Source: Alphaproteobacteria bacterium (GTDB lineage: Bacteria; Pseudomonadota; Alphaproteobacteria; UBA2966). From it: 64,000 nucleotides of DNA. Both the position numbers and the translations under genes were made by a program. The stretch lies in the NCBI GenBank assembly GCA_964291395.2, contig OZ219858.1, positions 416,001-480,000 of the forward strand, in the 5' to 3' direction. Within the stretch, counting starts at the first letter, position 1, and every line of letters begins with the position of its first letter. Of the stretch, positions 9,445-19,159 are shown piece after piece. The notes under the pieces are model-generated. The model was not told the DNA's origin. It saw nothing but the letters and a program-made list of their open reading frames with translations, and made no database searches.

Positions 9445-9820
9445 ATGATCTCCCCTCGCGTCGCCTGACCGGCGCCGTCGTCTGGCGGGCTCGGCGGGAC
9501 TTCGGCTTTCAGCGACTCAGGGCGATGGCCGACAGGTGACGGCGGTAGCCGCCTTCCCCTCCGTGGCAGGTCCGCCGATGGCTGAAGAACCTCCTTCGAT
9601 ATCCAGACCGAAGGAATCACAACTCCAAAATCAATGCCAGGGGTTTCTCGGCAGCCCGCCGGACATGACGCGTCGCAAACGTCGTCGCGATTCCTGCCGA
9701 AACCCGTGCCGTTCGCGGTTACCGGGGCTTGCGTCCCGTCGCATGCGACGACTAAGACAGCGCCCGACGTACGTCGGCGTCCGCGAACGACCCGCGGGCG
9801 TAAATCAGGGGGGTTGCCGG

Positions 9821-10762
9821 GTGCCGCAGGAACAGGGGCGCGCCACTGCCGTCGGAACGGTCGCCGTGCTGATGTGGGCGACCCTGGCCTTGCTCACGGC
9901 GCAATCCGGTCAGGTTCCTCCGTTCCTGTTGGTCGGCCTCTCCTTCACGCTGGCGTTCGTCGTCGGGGTGGCGGTCTGGATATGGGGCCCCGGCGACGAG
10001 CGGTCGTGTGTGGCGCGCGTCCGGTCACAGTTCCGTCTGCCCCTTCGGGTCTGGGCCCTCGGGGTGGGTGGGCTGTTCGGCTATCACTTCTTCTATTTCC
10101 TGGCCTTGCGCAACGCGCCTCCCGTGGAGGCCAGCCTCATCGCCTACCTCTGGCCGCTTCTGATCGTCGTGTTTTCCGCATTCCTACCAGCGGAGCGCCT
10201 GCGTTGGTGGCACGTCGCCGGAACGCTCGCCGGACTGCTCGGCACCGCGATTCTGGTCACTGGCGGCGAGGTTTCGTTCAAGAGTCAGTTCGTGCTGGGA
10301 TATGCCGCGGCGGCGGTCTGCGCGTTGCTCTGGTCAGGCTATTCGGTGTTGTCCCGGACCGTGCGGCAAGTTCCCAGCACGGCCGTCGGGGCGTTTTGCG
10401 GGGTCACGGCAATCCTGAGCTTCGGCGCCCATTTCTCCCTCGAGACGACGGTGTGGCCAGCCGACACCGGTGAATGGCTCGCCGTGCTCGGCTTGGGTCT
10501 GGGCCCTGTCGGCGCTGCCTTCTATCTTTGGGATCATGGCGTCAAGCACGGCGAAATTCGTGTTCTCGGCGCGGCCTCCTATGGCGCCCCGCTGCTTTCC
10601 ACAATCCTCTTGATCGTGGCCGGGCTGGCCGAGGTCACGTGGCAGGTTGGGCTTGCGTGTATTCTGATTACCGGCGGCGCGTTGTTGGCGGCACGGGAAC
10701 TACTGAAAGCCCGCGGGGCCGAAGCCGCGTCATCGCGTGACGGTCCGGCTCGGGCGGGGTAG
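9821..10762 (+). CDS. DMT/EamA-family transporter (YddG-like)
   Basis: About ten hydrophobic segments, GLFGYHFFYF and APPVEASLIAYLWP motifs; start codon inferred (GTG 9821). Confidence 0.85.
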   Translation: MPQEQGRATAVGTVAVLMWATLALLTAQSGQVPPFLLVGLSFTLAFVVGVAVWIWGPGDERSCVARVRSQFRLPLRVWALGVGGLFGYHFFYFLALRNAPPVEASLIAYLWPLLIVVFSAFLPAERLRWWHVAGTLAGLLGTAILVTGGEVSFKSQFVLGYAAAAVCALLWSGYSVLSRTVRQVPSTAVGAFCGVTAILSFGAHFSLETTVWPADTGEWLAVLGLGLGPVGAAFYLWDHGVKHGEIRVLGAASYGAPLLSTILLIVAGLAEVTWQVGLACILITGGALLAARELLKARGAEAASSRDGPARAG

Positions 10763-10794
10763 AGTGCGACGATGAACTCAGGGAAGGATGACCC

Positions 10795-11586
10795 ATGATC
10801 GTCGAACAGGTTTGGACCGCCAACAACTTCCGCAATTTCAATTACTTGATCGCCTGTCCGGAGACCGGCGAAGCGTTGGCCGTAGACCCCTTGGACCATC
10901 GGAAGTGCCTGGCTGCCGCCAAAGACAACGGCTGGCAGATCACCCAGATCCTGAACACGCACGAGCACCACGACCACATCGGCGGCAATCAGGCGATGAT
11001 CGATGCCACAGGTGCCAGGCTGCTTGCCCATCGGAACGCCAAGGCCAAGATTCCCGACATGGATACCGGCCTCGCCGCCGGTGACGTCGTGAAGGTCGGC
11101 AAGACGGTCGAACTGGAATCACTCGACACGCCGGGCCACACCATGAGCCACGTGTGTCTGCTGTCGCGCACGGATCAGCCCGCCTTGTTCTGCGGCGATA
11201 CGCTGTTCAACGCGGGTGCCGGAAATTGCCACAATGGCGGTCATCCCGAGGAGCTCTACGATACCTTCGTCCGGCAATTGGCGGCGCTGCCCGACGACAC
11301 GTTGATCTACCCCGGTCACGATTACATCGCGAACAATCTCCAGTTCACCCTCGACCGGGAGCCGGACAACCCGCGCGCATCCGGACTGCTGAAGGAAGTG
11401 GAGGACCAGGACCCCGACGACGCTCTCGTCTCCACGCTCGCGCTCGAGAAGGAGATCAACACGTTCTTCCGGCTGCATAGCCCGACGGTGATCGCGCGAC
11501 TGCGCGAGGCGTTCCCGGATCTGCCGGAAGAGCCTGACGAGAAGACCGTGTTCCTCAAGCTGCGAGAGTTGCGCAACGCCTGGTAG
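10795..11586 (+). CDS. gloB: Hydroxyacylglutathione hydrolase (glyoxalase II)
   Basis: THEHHDH, TPGHT, GDTLF and YPGHDY metallo-beta-lactamase motifs. Confidence 0.9.
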   Translation: MIVEQVWTANNFRNFNYLIACPETGEALAVDPLDHRKCLAAAKDNGWQITQILNTHEHHDHIGGNQAMIDATGARLLAHRNAKAKIPDMDTGLAAGDVVKVGKTVELESLDTPGHTMSHVCLLSRTDQPALFCGDTLFNAGAGNCHNGGHPEELYDTFVRQLAALPDDTLIYPGHDYIANNLQFTLDREPDNPRASGLLKEVEDQDPDDALVSTLALEKEINTFFRLHSPTVIARLREAFPDLPEEPDEKTVFLKLRELRNAW

Positions 11587-11667
11587 GGATCCTCACCCAC
11601 CCGCGCGGTCGGACACGGCAGGGACGCGTTCAGGCGGGGTGAGGGAGAATCACCCGACGAAAATCAC

Positions 11668-12333
11668 TTAGCTCGCTGCCGCCTCCCGAGGCCATCCGGT
11701 CCACGTGTTGAGTCGGCCCCCGTCTTCCGGGATCCATTCCTCGGGCACGGTGCTCGCGAACGACGGCCGCTCCAAGACCGTGGTGAACCACGCCGCCAAG
11801 TTGGGCCGCGACGCACGCCAATCGTGACCCGGGTGACGGAAATCCATGAAACCGAGGCCGATACCGATTGAAATCAAGCCGATATCGATGCCCTCGAACG
11901 TGGGCGCTTCCCTCTCGAGTTCGTCGAGGCAGCGATCTACGGCGGCCATCTGCCGCACGATCCAGCCCGGCGAGCGTTCGTGTTCCACGCGGCGTTGCTC
12001 CCGCAACGCGTCGCCGCCGGCATCGACGATTCCCTCGCCCATGGACTGCCTGCGGATCGCAGTCCAGCGGGCCTTTCCCGGTGCAGGAAACATCTTTGGC
12101 CCGTCATGCAGGGAGTCCAGATACTCGCAGATCACCGCGCTGTCGTAGAGGACGCTGCCGTCCTCAAGGATAAGCGCAGGCACCTTGCCGAGCGGATTGA
12201 CGGCTTGGATGTCGGTGAACTCCGCCCACGGGTGCGTGAGGACCCGCTCGATCCGGTTTCCGAGCCCGACTTCCTCGATCAGGACCGTGCATTTCCGGAC
12301 ATAGGGAGACATCGGGTTGTAGCGCAGCTTCAT
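11668..12333 (-). CDS. Glutathione S-transferase family protein
   Basis: SPYVRK, NPLGKVP and DSAVICEYLD motifs. Confidence 0.9.
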   Translation of the reverse strand: MKLRYNPMSPYVRKCTVLIEEVGLGNRIERVLTHPWAEFTDIQAVNPLGKVPALILEDGSVLYDSAVICEYLDSLHDGPKMFPAPGKARWTAIRRQSMGEGIVDAGGDALREQRRVEHERSPGWIVRQMAAVDRCLDELEREAPTFEGIDIGLISIGIGLGFMDFRHPGHDWRASRPNLAAWFTTVLERPSFASTVPEEWIPEDGGRLNTWTGWPREAAAS

Positions 12334-12357
12334 CACGGCGGGTTCATTCGGGTCCAA

Positions 12358-12957
12358 TCATTCGTAAGGCTCGGTGTTGCGGATCGAGGGACGCGACGAG
12401 AATTCCTCGTACCACGCGGCGAGACCCGGGCGACCCTCGCGCCACGCGAAATCCGGCATCCGGAAATCCAGGTAGCCGAGCGCCACGGCGGTCGCGAGCA
12501 GACCGATATCGATACCCCTATAGGTACCTGCGTCCTGTTCCATGGCATCGGCAGCCCGTGTCACGACTCCAAGCTGCCGCTCGGCCCACCACGAGGACCG
12601 TTCGTCCGTCGGACGCATCAATTCGCGGCGGCGCAGGATCGCGGCATCCATCAATCCATCCGCAAGCGCCATTCGCGTCATGGCCCGCCAACGCGCGTCG
12701 CCCTCGGGCGGGAATAGCCTCGGCGGCTTGCCCAGCGAGTCCAGGTATTCGCAAATCACCGGGCTGTCGAACAGGATGCTGCCGTCGTTCCGGGTAAGTG
12801 CCGGGATCTTGCCGATGGGATTCTGCTCGATGACATCGGTATCGGGGTCCCATGGGTTCGCCTGCTCGAGTTCGAGGTCGTTCTCGACGCCCGCTTCTAT
12901 CGCGGTGGCCATACATTTGCGGACGAACGGCGACGTCGTCGAATAACGCAGCTTCAT
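12358..12957 (-). CDS. Glutathione S-transferase family protein (tandem paralog)
   Basis: SPFVRK, NPIGKIP and DSPVICEYLD motifs. Confidence 0.9.
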   Translation of the reverse strand: MKLRYSTTSPFVRKCMATAIEAGVENDLELEQANPWDPDTDVIEQNPIGKIPALTRNDGSILFDSPVICEYLDSLGKPPRLFPPEGDARWRAMTRMALADGLMDAAILRRRELMRPTDERSSWWAERQLGVVTRAADAMEQDAGTYRGIDIGLLATAVALGYLDFRMPDFAWREGRPGLAAWYEEFSSRPSIRNTEPYE

Positions 12958-13063
12958 GGGACGTGCCCAACCCGAACGAATTGTTGTGGGACCGCGATCG
13001 CACCAAGCGGTTTCATTATGCACGCCCGCCGCCGCCGAGTCTTCATGCTACCATCGCGGCGCC

Positions 13064-13828
13064 ATGCGGCCCGATATCGTCGATCTGGACCAGTTCTATA
13101 CGACACGCCTCGGACAGGTGAGCCGCCGCCTCATTCGCCGCCGTCTTCAGGAGGTCTGGCCGGATGTGAGAGACCTGCGCGTGCTCGGCGTGGGGTACGC
13201 AACGCCTTATTTGCGCGCGTTTCGCGACAAAGCCGAACGTGTGATCGCGGCCATGCCCGCGAGCCAGGGTGTGATCCACTGGCCCAGGGGAGAGCCGTGT
13301 CTCGTCGCGTTGTCCGAGGAGGTTGAGATTCCACTTCCCGACAACTCGATCGATCGAGTCCTGCTGGTCCATTGCCTGGAAAACGCAGAGCAAGTCCGCC
13401 CGATGCTCCGCGAAATTTGGCGCGTGATGACGTCGGGTGGCAGGCTGCTGGTCGTGGTTCCCAACCGGCGGGGCATTTGGGCACGCTTCGAGAGGACGCC
13501 GTTCGGGCACGGGCAGCCCTTTTCGCCGCCTCAATTGACCAGACTGCTACGCGAGACGATGTTCCTGCCGACCACCACGACGGCGGCAGTGTCGATTCCC
13601 CCCGTCACGTGGCGCCCTCTCCTGAAAATGGCGACCGCCATCGAACGCGTGGGACGGCGATGGGGCGGGGCGGTCGCCGGAGTGCTGATCGTCGAGGCCG
13701 GTAAGCAGATCTACGCTGTCAGCGCGGGTCGGACCCAACGGCCGAGATCCCGACACATCGCCGCCCCCGCCGCCAACAACGTCGCTCCTCGCCACGCGTG
13801 TGGTCTCAGTCGTTGCCCTGGCGGCTGA
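13064..13828 (+). CDS. Class I SAM-dependent methyltransferase (YafS-like)
   Basis: MRPDIVDL..FY.T.LG, LGVGYATPY, VVPNRRG.W and TPFGHG.P motifs of the family commonly found near gloB. Confidence 0.85.
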   Translation: MRPDIVDLDQFYTTRLGQVSRRLIRRRLQEVWPDVRDLRVLGVGYATPYLRAFRDKAERVIAAMPASQGVIHWPRGEPCLVALSEEVEIPLPDNSIDRVLLVHCLENAEQVRPMLREIWRVMTSGGRLLVVVPNRRGIWARFERTPFGHGQPFSPPQLTRLLRETMFLPTTTTAAVSIPPVTWRPLLKMATAIERVGRRWGGAVAGVLIVEAGKQIYAVSAGRTQRPRSRHIAAPAANNVAPRHACGLSRCPGG

Positions 13829-14450
13829 GCACGAACACGCCCTGTTCAGCAAACAGGTTGGCGAGCGGGCCGTCGTTGACGATGTTCATGCGGCGACCCT
13901 GCTTATCGACCGAGATCCGGCGTTCGATCCTGATCCCCAGATCGCGGCACAACACCACGAAATCCTTGATCGTGCAGAAATGAGCGTTCGGGGTGTCGTA
14001 CCACTGGCGGTCCAACACCTCCGTGACCGGCATGCGGCCCGTCATCCCGAGCTTCCAACGTACCTTCCAATGACCGAAATTGGGGATCGAAATCACGCAC
14101 TTGCGCCCGATCCGCAGGAGTTGATCGATCACGTCGCGGGGCCGGCGCACCATCTGCAGGGTCTGACTGAGGACGACATAATCGAAGGAGTCGGCCGGAT
14201 AGTTCACCAGATCCGTATCCGCGTCACCTTGGACGACGGATAGGCCCTGCGCCACGCAGGCATTGACGCCGGCCTGACTCAGTTCGATACCGCGGCCATC
14301 CACCTTTTTCGCACGAGCCAGATGACGCAACAGGGCACCGTCGCCGCAGCCGACGTCCAGGATCCGTGCGCCCGGTTCGATCATGTCGGCGATCAGCAGC
14401 AGGTCGACCCGGATTTCGCCGCCGTGAGTCAGCTGGAGGTCGGGGTTCAC
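13806..14450 (-). CDS. metW: Methionine biosynthesis protein MetW
   Basis: [21 protein letters not shown] and WYDTPN motifs; coupled to metX. Confidence 0.95.
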   Translation of the reverse strand: MNPDLQLTHGGEIRVDLLLIADMIEPGARILDVGCGDGALLRHLARAKKVDGRGIELSQAGVNACVAQGLSVVQGDADTDLVNYPADSFDYVVLSQTLQMVRRPRDVIDQLLRIGRKCVISIPNFGHWKVRWKLGMTGRMPVTEVLDRQWYDTPNAHFCTIKDFVVLCRDLGIRIERRISVDKQGRRMNIVNDGPLANLFAEQGVFVLSRQGND

Positions 14451-15622
14451 GGGGTATTGCCGCTCCAGTGTTCGGCCGCGCCCCTGAGGAAACCGCGAAT
14501 CGTCTCGAACATCTCGGGCTCGTCCAGAAGGAAGGCGTCGTGCCCTTTGTCGCTGTCAATTTCGACAAAGCTGACATTCGCCGCGGCGGCGTTGAGGGCG
14601 TGGACGATTTTCCGGCTTTCCGGCGTTGGAAACAGCCAGTCCCCGGTGAACGAAATGATGCAGAACCGCGTTGGACACGCCTTGAAGGCGTCGGCGAGAA
14701 CCCCGTTATACTCCTTGATGAGGTCGAAATAGTCCATGGCCCGCGTGAGGTAGAGATACGAGTTCGCGTCGAAGCGTTCGACGAAGACCGTTCCCTGGTG
14801 GCGCAGATAGCTTTCGACCTGGAAATCCGCGCCGAAGCCGTATGACGGCGCGTCCCGGTCCTGAAGCTGCCGGCCGAATTTCCGGTGCATGGCGGCTTCG
14901 GAAAGATAGCTGATGTGAGCGGCCATGCGGGCCACGGACAGACCGGCCTTGGGTATGGCGTTGTGCGACATGTAATCGCCGCCGCGCCAGTCGGCATCTC
15001 CCATGATGGCTTGGCGCCCAACCTCGTGCAGGGCGATGTTCTGAGCGGTGTGATGCACGGCACTACCGATGGGAATCGCCGCGTGCACCCGTCCGGGATA
15101 GGTGACGGCCCATTGCAGCGCCTGCATGCCGCCCATCGAGCCCCCGGAGACGCAAAAAATCTTTTCTATTCCGAGATGATCGAGAAGCATCGCTTGGGCC
15201 CGGACCATGTCCTTGATCGTGATGACCGGGAATGACAGGCCGTAGGGGCTACCCGTTCTCGGATCGATGGATTTGGGACCCTCCGTACCCATGCATCCGC
15301 CCAGGACGTTGGCGCAAACCACCAAATAGCGATCCGTATCGAAGGGCAGACCAGGACCCACCATGAGCGGCCACCAGCCCTCCTTTCCGGTGACGGGATT
15401 GGTGCCGGTCACGAATTGGTCACCCGTCAGGGCATGACACACGAGGATGACGTTGGACCGATCCTCGTTCAGCTCTCCATAGGTTTGATAGGCGACGGTA
15501 AACGGACCGAGATCGACGCCGCAATCCAGCGTCAGCGGCGCGTCGACCCCGAGTTCCACCGTGTGGCCGACCTCAATGTCGGCACCAGCGACAGCCTCAT
15601 CGTATCGTTGAGTGCTACTCAT
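14447..15622 (-). CDS. metX: Homoserine O-acyltransferase
   Basis: [19 protein letters not shown] and KGHDAFL motifs. Confidence 0.95.
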   Translation of the reverse strand: MSSTQRYDEAVAGADIEVGHTVELGVDAPLTLDCGVDLGPFTVAYQTYGELNEDRSNVILVCHALTGDQFVTGTNPVTGKEGWWPLMVGPGLPFDTDRYLVVCANVLGGCMGTEGPKSIDPRTGSPYGLSFPVITIKDMVRAQAMLLDHLGIEKIFCVSGGSMGGMQALQWAVTYPGRVHAAIPIGSAVHHTAQNIALHEVGRQAIMGDADWRGGDYMSHNAIPKAGLSVARMAAHISYLSEAAMHRKFGRQLQDRDAPSYGFGADFQVESYLRHQGTVFVERFDANSYLYLTRAMDYFDLIKEYNGVLADAFKACPTRFCIISFTGDWLFPTPESRKIVHALNAAAANVSFVEIDSDKGHDAFLLDEPEMFETIRGFLRGAAEHWSGNTP

Positions 15623-15771
15623 GGCTCAACGCCAAACCGCCCACGAAACGCTCGGGAAAGGAGAGCATTGCTATGGACAAGTCTTGGTAATGTCAACGTT
15701 TTCTTTGATTTTACGGAACCTCCGGACTACTACTATCCTTCTCTTTCGGCAGGTCATCACCCTAGATCGCC

Positions 15772-16671
15772 ATGAGCAAGGAACCGAACACCCTCGCCGC
15801 CCTGCGGCGGGAAATCGACAGGATCGACACGTCGATCCACGATCTCCTCATGCGCCGGTCAGAGCTGGTGGGACGGGTCGACGCCGTCAAGAAGCGCAGC
15901 AGTTCGTTTCCGACGGGGATGCGGCCGGGACGCGAGGCCAAAGTCCTCCGCCGTCTGATCTTGCGTCATCGTGGGGCTCTTCCGGCCGTGGTGGTCGCGC
16001 GAGTGTGGAGAGAGCTGATCTCGGCGTTCACGCGTCTGCAAGGCCAATTGACCGTCGCCGTATGTGCGCCCGAGATGTCGGTGGGCTACTGGGACCTGGC
16101 GCGGTCGCACTTTGGGTCGACGACACCGATGTCCCTTCACCGCTCACCCTTCGTCGTGATGCGCGAGGTCGTACGAGGTGAGGCTACCGTCGGTGTTCTT
16201 CCCATGCCCGAATCCGATGACGAGGACCCGTGGTGGCCGCTGCTCGCGGCCGAAACGGATAACACGCTCAAGATCATCTCGCGCCTGCCCTTCGTCGAAG
16301 ACAAGAGTTCCCGATTCGAAGATCTCGTGGCCCTGGTCGTGTCGAAAATGCCGCAGGACAACACGGAAGATGACCGGACGCTCATTGTCATCGCCGCCAA
16401 TGCGCCCATCAGCCGGGCCAGCATCAACGAACTCTTGAGGAGCACGGCGCTGATCGGACACAGCGTCACGGCGCTCGACCGGCGCGAAGATCGGCCGGAA
16501 TGGCTGCATCTCGTCGAGGTCGAGGGTTATCTGGCCGACGATGATCCCAAGATCGCAGCCCTCATAGAAGAGGGGCAGGGCCGTATCCACCGGATCGTCG
16601 CCATCGGCGGATTTGCCAATCCAATCCGCGCCTCGAGCGGCGTCCATCCCACGGCAACCGCAGCCGAATAG
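15772..16671 (+). CDS. Chorismate mutase (alphaproteobacterial PheA-like)
   Basis: LRREIDRID..IHDLL..R and RPGREA AroQ motifs; upstream of hisC-tyrA. Confidence 0.85.
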   Translation: MSKEPNTLAALRREIDRIDTSIHDLLMRRSELVGRVDAVKKRSSSFPTGMRPGREAKVLRRLILRHRGALPAVVVARVWRELISAFTRLQGQLTVAVCAPEMSVGYWDLARSHFGSTTPMSLHRSPFVVMREVVRGEATVGVLPMPESDDEDPWWPLLAAETDNTLKIISRLPFVEDKSSRFEDLVALVVSKMPQDNTEDDRTLIVIAANAPISRASINELLRSTALIGHSVTALDRREDRPEWLHLVEVEGYLADDDPKIAALIEEGQGRIHRIVAIGGFANPIRASSGVHPTATAAE

Positions 16672-16704
16672 CGAAACAAGCGTCCACCCGACAGGTTTCA
16701 TGAC

Positions 16705-17802
16705 ATGAGCGGCCCCATCCCCCGCGCGGGAGTCCTCGAGATTCCCATGTATGTCCCCGGACGGTCCCGGGCAGAGGGTCACGAGCACGTCGTCAAGCTG
16801 TCGTCCAACGAATCGGCGCTGGGAACCAGCGAGAAGGCCACGGCCGCCTATCGGGCGCTGGAGGGAGAGCTGCACCGGTACCCCGACGGTAGCGCGGCCG
16901 ATCTGCGCGAGGCGATCGCAGGGGTTCATCGCGCCGACGGCGACGCTCTGGACGCCGAGAACATCGTTTGCGGCGAAGGATCCGACGAAATCATCCACCT
17001 CCTGACCGCGGCCTACGCGGGTCCCGGGGACGAGGTCCTGCACAGCGCCCACGGTTTCGTCATGTACAAGCTGTCGGCGCTCGGCGTCGGCGCGACCCCC
17101 GTCGCGGCACCGGAGCGGGAATGGACTCCCGACGTAGACGCCTTGCTGAAGCGGGTGACGGAGCGCACGCGCCTGGTGTTCCTCTCCAACCCCAATCCCA
17201 CCGGAACTTATCTGCCGCGCCGGGAACTGGTCCGCCTGCATAGCGGCCTTCCCGCCTACGTCGTGTTGGCGATCGACGCGGCCTATGCCGAATACGTCAC
17301 CCGGGACGACTACGCATCCGGACTCGAACTGGTCGGTGCCGCGGACAACGTGGTCATGACGCGCACGTTTTCCAAAGCCTATGGCCTCGCAGGTTTGCGC
17401 CTGGGTTGGTGTTATGGACCAGCGGGTGTGGTCGACGTCTTGAACCGTCTGCGTGGGCCTTTCAACGTGACCGCCCCGGCCCAGGCCGCCGGAATCGCCG
17501 CGGTCGAAGACCAAGCGTTCGTCGCGCGCGCCCGGCAACACAACGAGACTTGGCGTAACTGGCTCGAAAGTGAGCTCCGGCGTCTCGGCGTGCCTTACAT
17601 TCCCAGCGTCACCAATTTCGTTTGTGCCGGATTTCCGGACAGGGAAAAGACGGCCGCCGCGGCCATCGATCACATGATGGGGGACGGTGTCCTCGTGCGG
17701 GACATGAACGCCTACGGCCTGCCCAGCCACGCTCGTATCACGATCGGCCTCGCGGAAGAGACCCGGGCCGTGGTGCGCTCGCTCGAGACGTTCCTGGGGT
17801 GA
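16705..17802 (+). CDS. hisC: Histidinol-phosphate aminotransferase
   Basis: KLSSNE, RYPD, DAAYAEY and RTFSKAYGLAGLRLG motifs. Confidence 0.95.
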   Translation: MSGPIPRAGVLEIPMYVPGRSRAEGHEHVVKLSSNESALGTSEKATAAYRALEGELHRYPDGSAADLREAIAGVHRADGDALDAENIVCGEGSDEIIHLLTAAYAGPGDEVLHSAHGFVMYKLSALGVGATPVAAPEREWTPDVDALLKRVTERTRLVFLSNPNPTGTYLPRRELVRLHSGLPAYVVLAIDAAYAEYVTRDDYASGLELVGAADNVVMTRTFSKAYGLAGLRLGWCYGPAGVVDVLNRLRGPFNVTAPAQAAGIAAVEDQAFVARARQHNETWRNWLESELRRLGVPYIPSVTNFVCAGFPDREKTAAAAIDHMMGDGVLVRDMNAYGLPSHARITIGLAEETRAVVRSLETFLG

Positions 17803-17806
17803 GACG

Positions 17807-18826
17807 GTGACGCGGCGAAGGAAATTCGAACCGCTGTTCGATACCGTCGCCCTTATCGGCGTGGGTTTGATCGGCTCGTCACTGGCGCGGCTAATGCGCC
17901 GAGAGGGTCTTGCCCGGCGAATCGTCGGGTGCGCCCGTACCCGCCGGACACGGTCGGTTTGTCGTGAACTCGAGCTCGTCGACGCCACCTCCGCCAGCCC
18001 GAGGCAGGCCGCGAAGGGGGCCGACCTGATCGTCATATGCACGCCCGTGAGCACCTACGGCACCATCGCCGCGGCCATGGCGCCGTCGCTGAAACCGGGC
18101 GCCATCGTGTCGGACGTCGGCTCGGTCAAGCGGACAGCCATCGACGCCGTGGCGCCGCACCTGCCCGACGGCGTTCACTTCGTACCGGGCCATCCCGTCG
18201 CCGGAACCGAGCATTCGGGTCCCGAGGCGGGATTTGCCGAGCTGTTCGAGGGACGGTGGTGCATCCTCACGCCGACGGAAGAGACGGACGCGGCGGCCGT
18301 GCGCCAGGTCACCGACCTATGGCGCCGTGCGGGAAGCCGGGTGGAGATCATGGATGCCGCGCACCACGATCTTGTTCTCGCCGTGACATCGCATCTTCCT
18401 CATCTGATCGCCTACAACATCGTCGGCACGGCGGCGGATCTGGAATCGGTCACGGACTCCGAGGTGTTCAAGTACTCGGCGGGCGGGTTCCGGGATTTTA
18501 CCCGCATCGCGGCGTCCGACCCGGTCATGTGGCGCGACGTCTTCCTGCACAATCGTGACGCCCTGCTCGAGGTGTTGGGGCGGTTCAACGAGGACCTGTC
18601 GGCATTGCAGCGGGCCATCCGCCGGGGCCAGGGCGAGGTACTCGAAGCCCTGTTCGTCCGGACGCGCGACATTCGCCGCGGCGTCATCGAAGCCGGCCAG
18701 GCCGAGGCGCTCCTCCCCGGCGGGCCGGAGACTGAGACTGCGACCCGGCACCCGGAAAGGAAACGACGGGCGAGAGGCGGAAAACCCGCAGGGATCCAGC
18801 GCCGAACCAGCCGTCCCGGGCGGTGA
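17807..18826 (+). CDS. tyrA: Prephenate/arogenate (cyclohexadienyl) dehydrogenase
   Basis: GVGLIGSS, DVGSVK, GHPVAGTE, HD..LA.TSHLPH and GFRDFTRIA motifs; long basic C-terminal tail. Confidence 0.93.
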   Translation: MTRRRKFEPLFDTVALIGVGLIGSSLARLMRREGLARRIVGCARTRRTRSVCRELELVDATSASPRQAAKGADLIVICTPVSTYGTIAAAMAPSLKPGAIVSDVGSVKRTAIDAVAPHLPDGVHFVPGHPVAGTEHSGPEAGFAELFEGRWCILTPTEETDAAAVRQVTDLWRRAGSRVEIMDAAHHDLVLAVTSHLPHLIAYNIVGTAADLESVTDSEVFKYSAGGFRDFTRIAASDPVMWRDVFLHNRDALLEVLGRFNEDLSALQRAIRRGQGEVLEALFVRTRDIRRGVIEAGQAEALLPGGPETETATRHPERKRRARGGKPAGIQRRTSRPGR

Positions 18827-18865
18827 CCGGAACGGCGATGCCCCCGCCGTTCGCCGGATCCGAGA

Positions 18866-19008
18866 ACACGTCGAGCGAGCGACTCATACCGGGTATTCTC
18901 ATGTCTTCCCGAAGCCCGGCCTGGGGCGTGGTGGCCGAGGCCACCCGGCTCTCCCGGCCAAGCTCGCTCTCATCGCCCCAGAGGGCTACAGATTTATCGA
19001 GCAGTGCC
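18866..19008 (-). pseudogene. Decayed, internally deleted copy of the torD-like gene at 1-369
   Basis: Direct nucleotide similarity to positions about 9-268, including an identical 31-nt run (ctggggcgtggtggccgaggccacccggctc), with 105-nt and 12-nt deletions. Confidence 0.9.
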
Positions 19009-19040
19009 AGGGTCACGCTCGTCGCGGCCACCGCTCCCTT

Positions 19041-19090
19041 CACGAACCGGGACAAGCCGGGACTAGGCGAGACTAAGCGAGACAGGTTGT
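19041..19090. repeat. Degenerate 10-bp tandem repeat
   Basis: Units cacgaaccgg / gacaagccgg / gactaggcga / gactaagcga / gacaggttgt. Confidence 0.5.
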
Positions 19091-19159
19091 GCTCGGGGGT
19101 TCTTGGCGACGCGTCTCCGATCTCTTAGGTTGGGGATATACGGGCCGGGGGAGACGCGC

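Noticed and set aside
9623-9640. Sigma-54-like TGGCATTGATTTTGG on the minus strand upstream of tupB
   Set aside because: The -12 dinucleotide is GG rather than the required GC.
11591-11644. Inverted repeat cctcaccc...gggtgagg between convergent gloB and GST
   Set aside because: Long loop and no U-tract; cannot be called a terminator or RNA with confidence.
15623-15771. Possible SAM riboswitch upstream of metX
   Set aside because: No SAM-II or SAM-SAH consensus recognised; it looks like an ordinary divergent promoter region. Not tested with a covariance model.
17181-17205. HisC motif reads SNPNPTG instead of the usual NPNNPTG
   Set aside because: Single in-frame residue difference; natural variation or assembly slip, not interpretable here.
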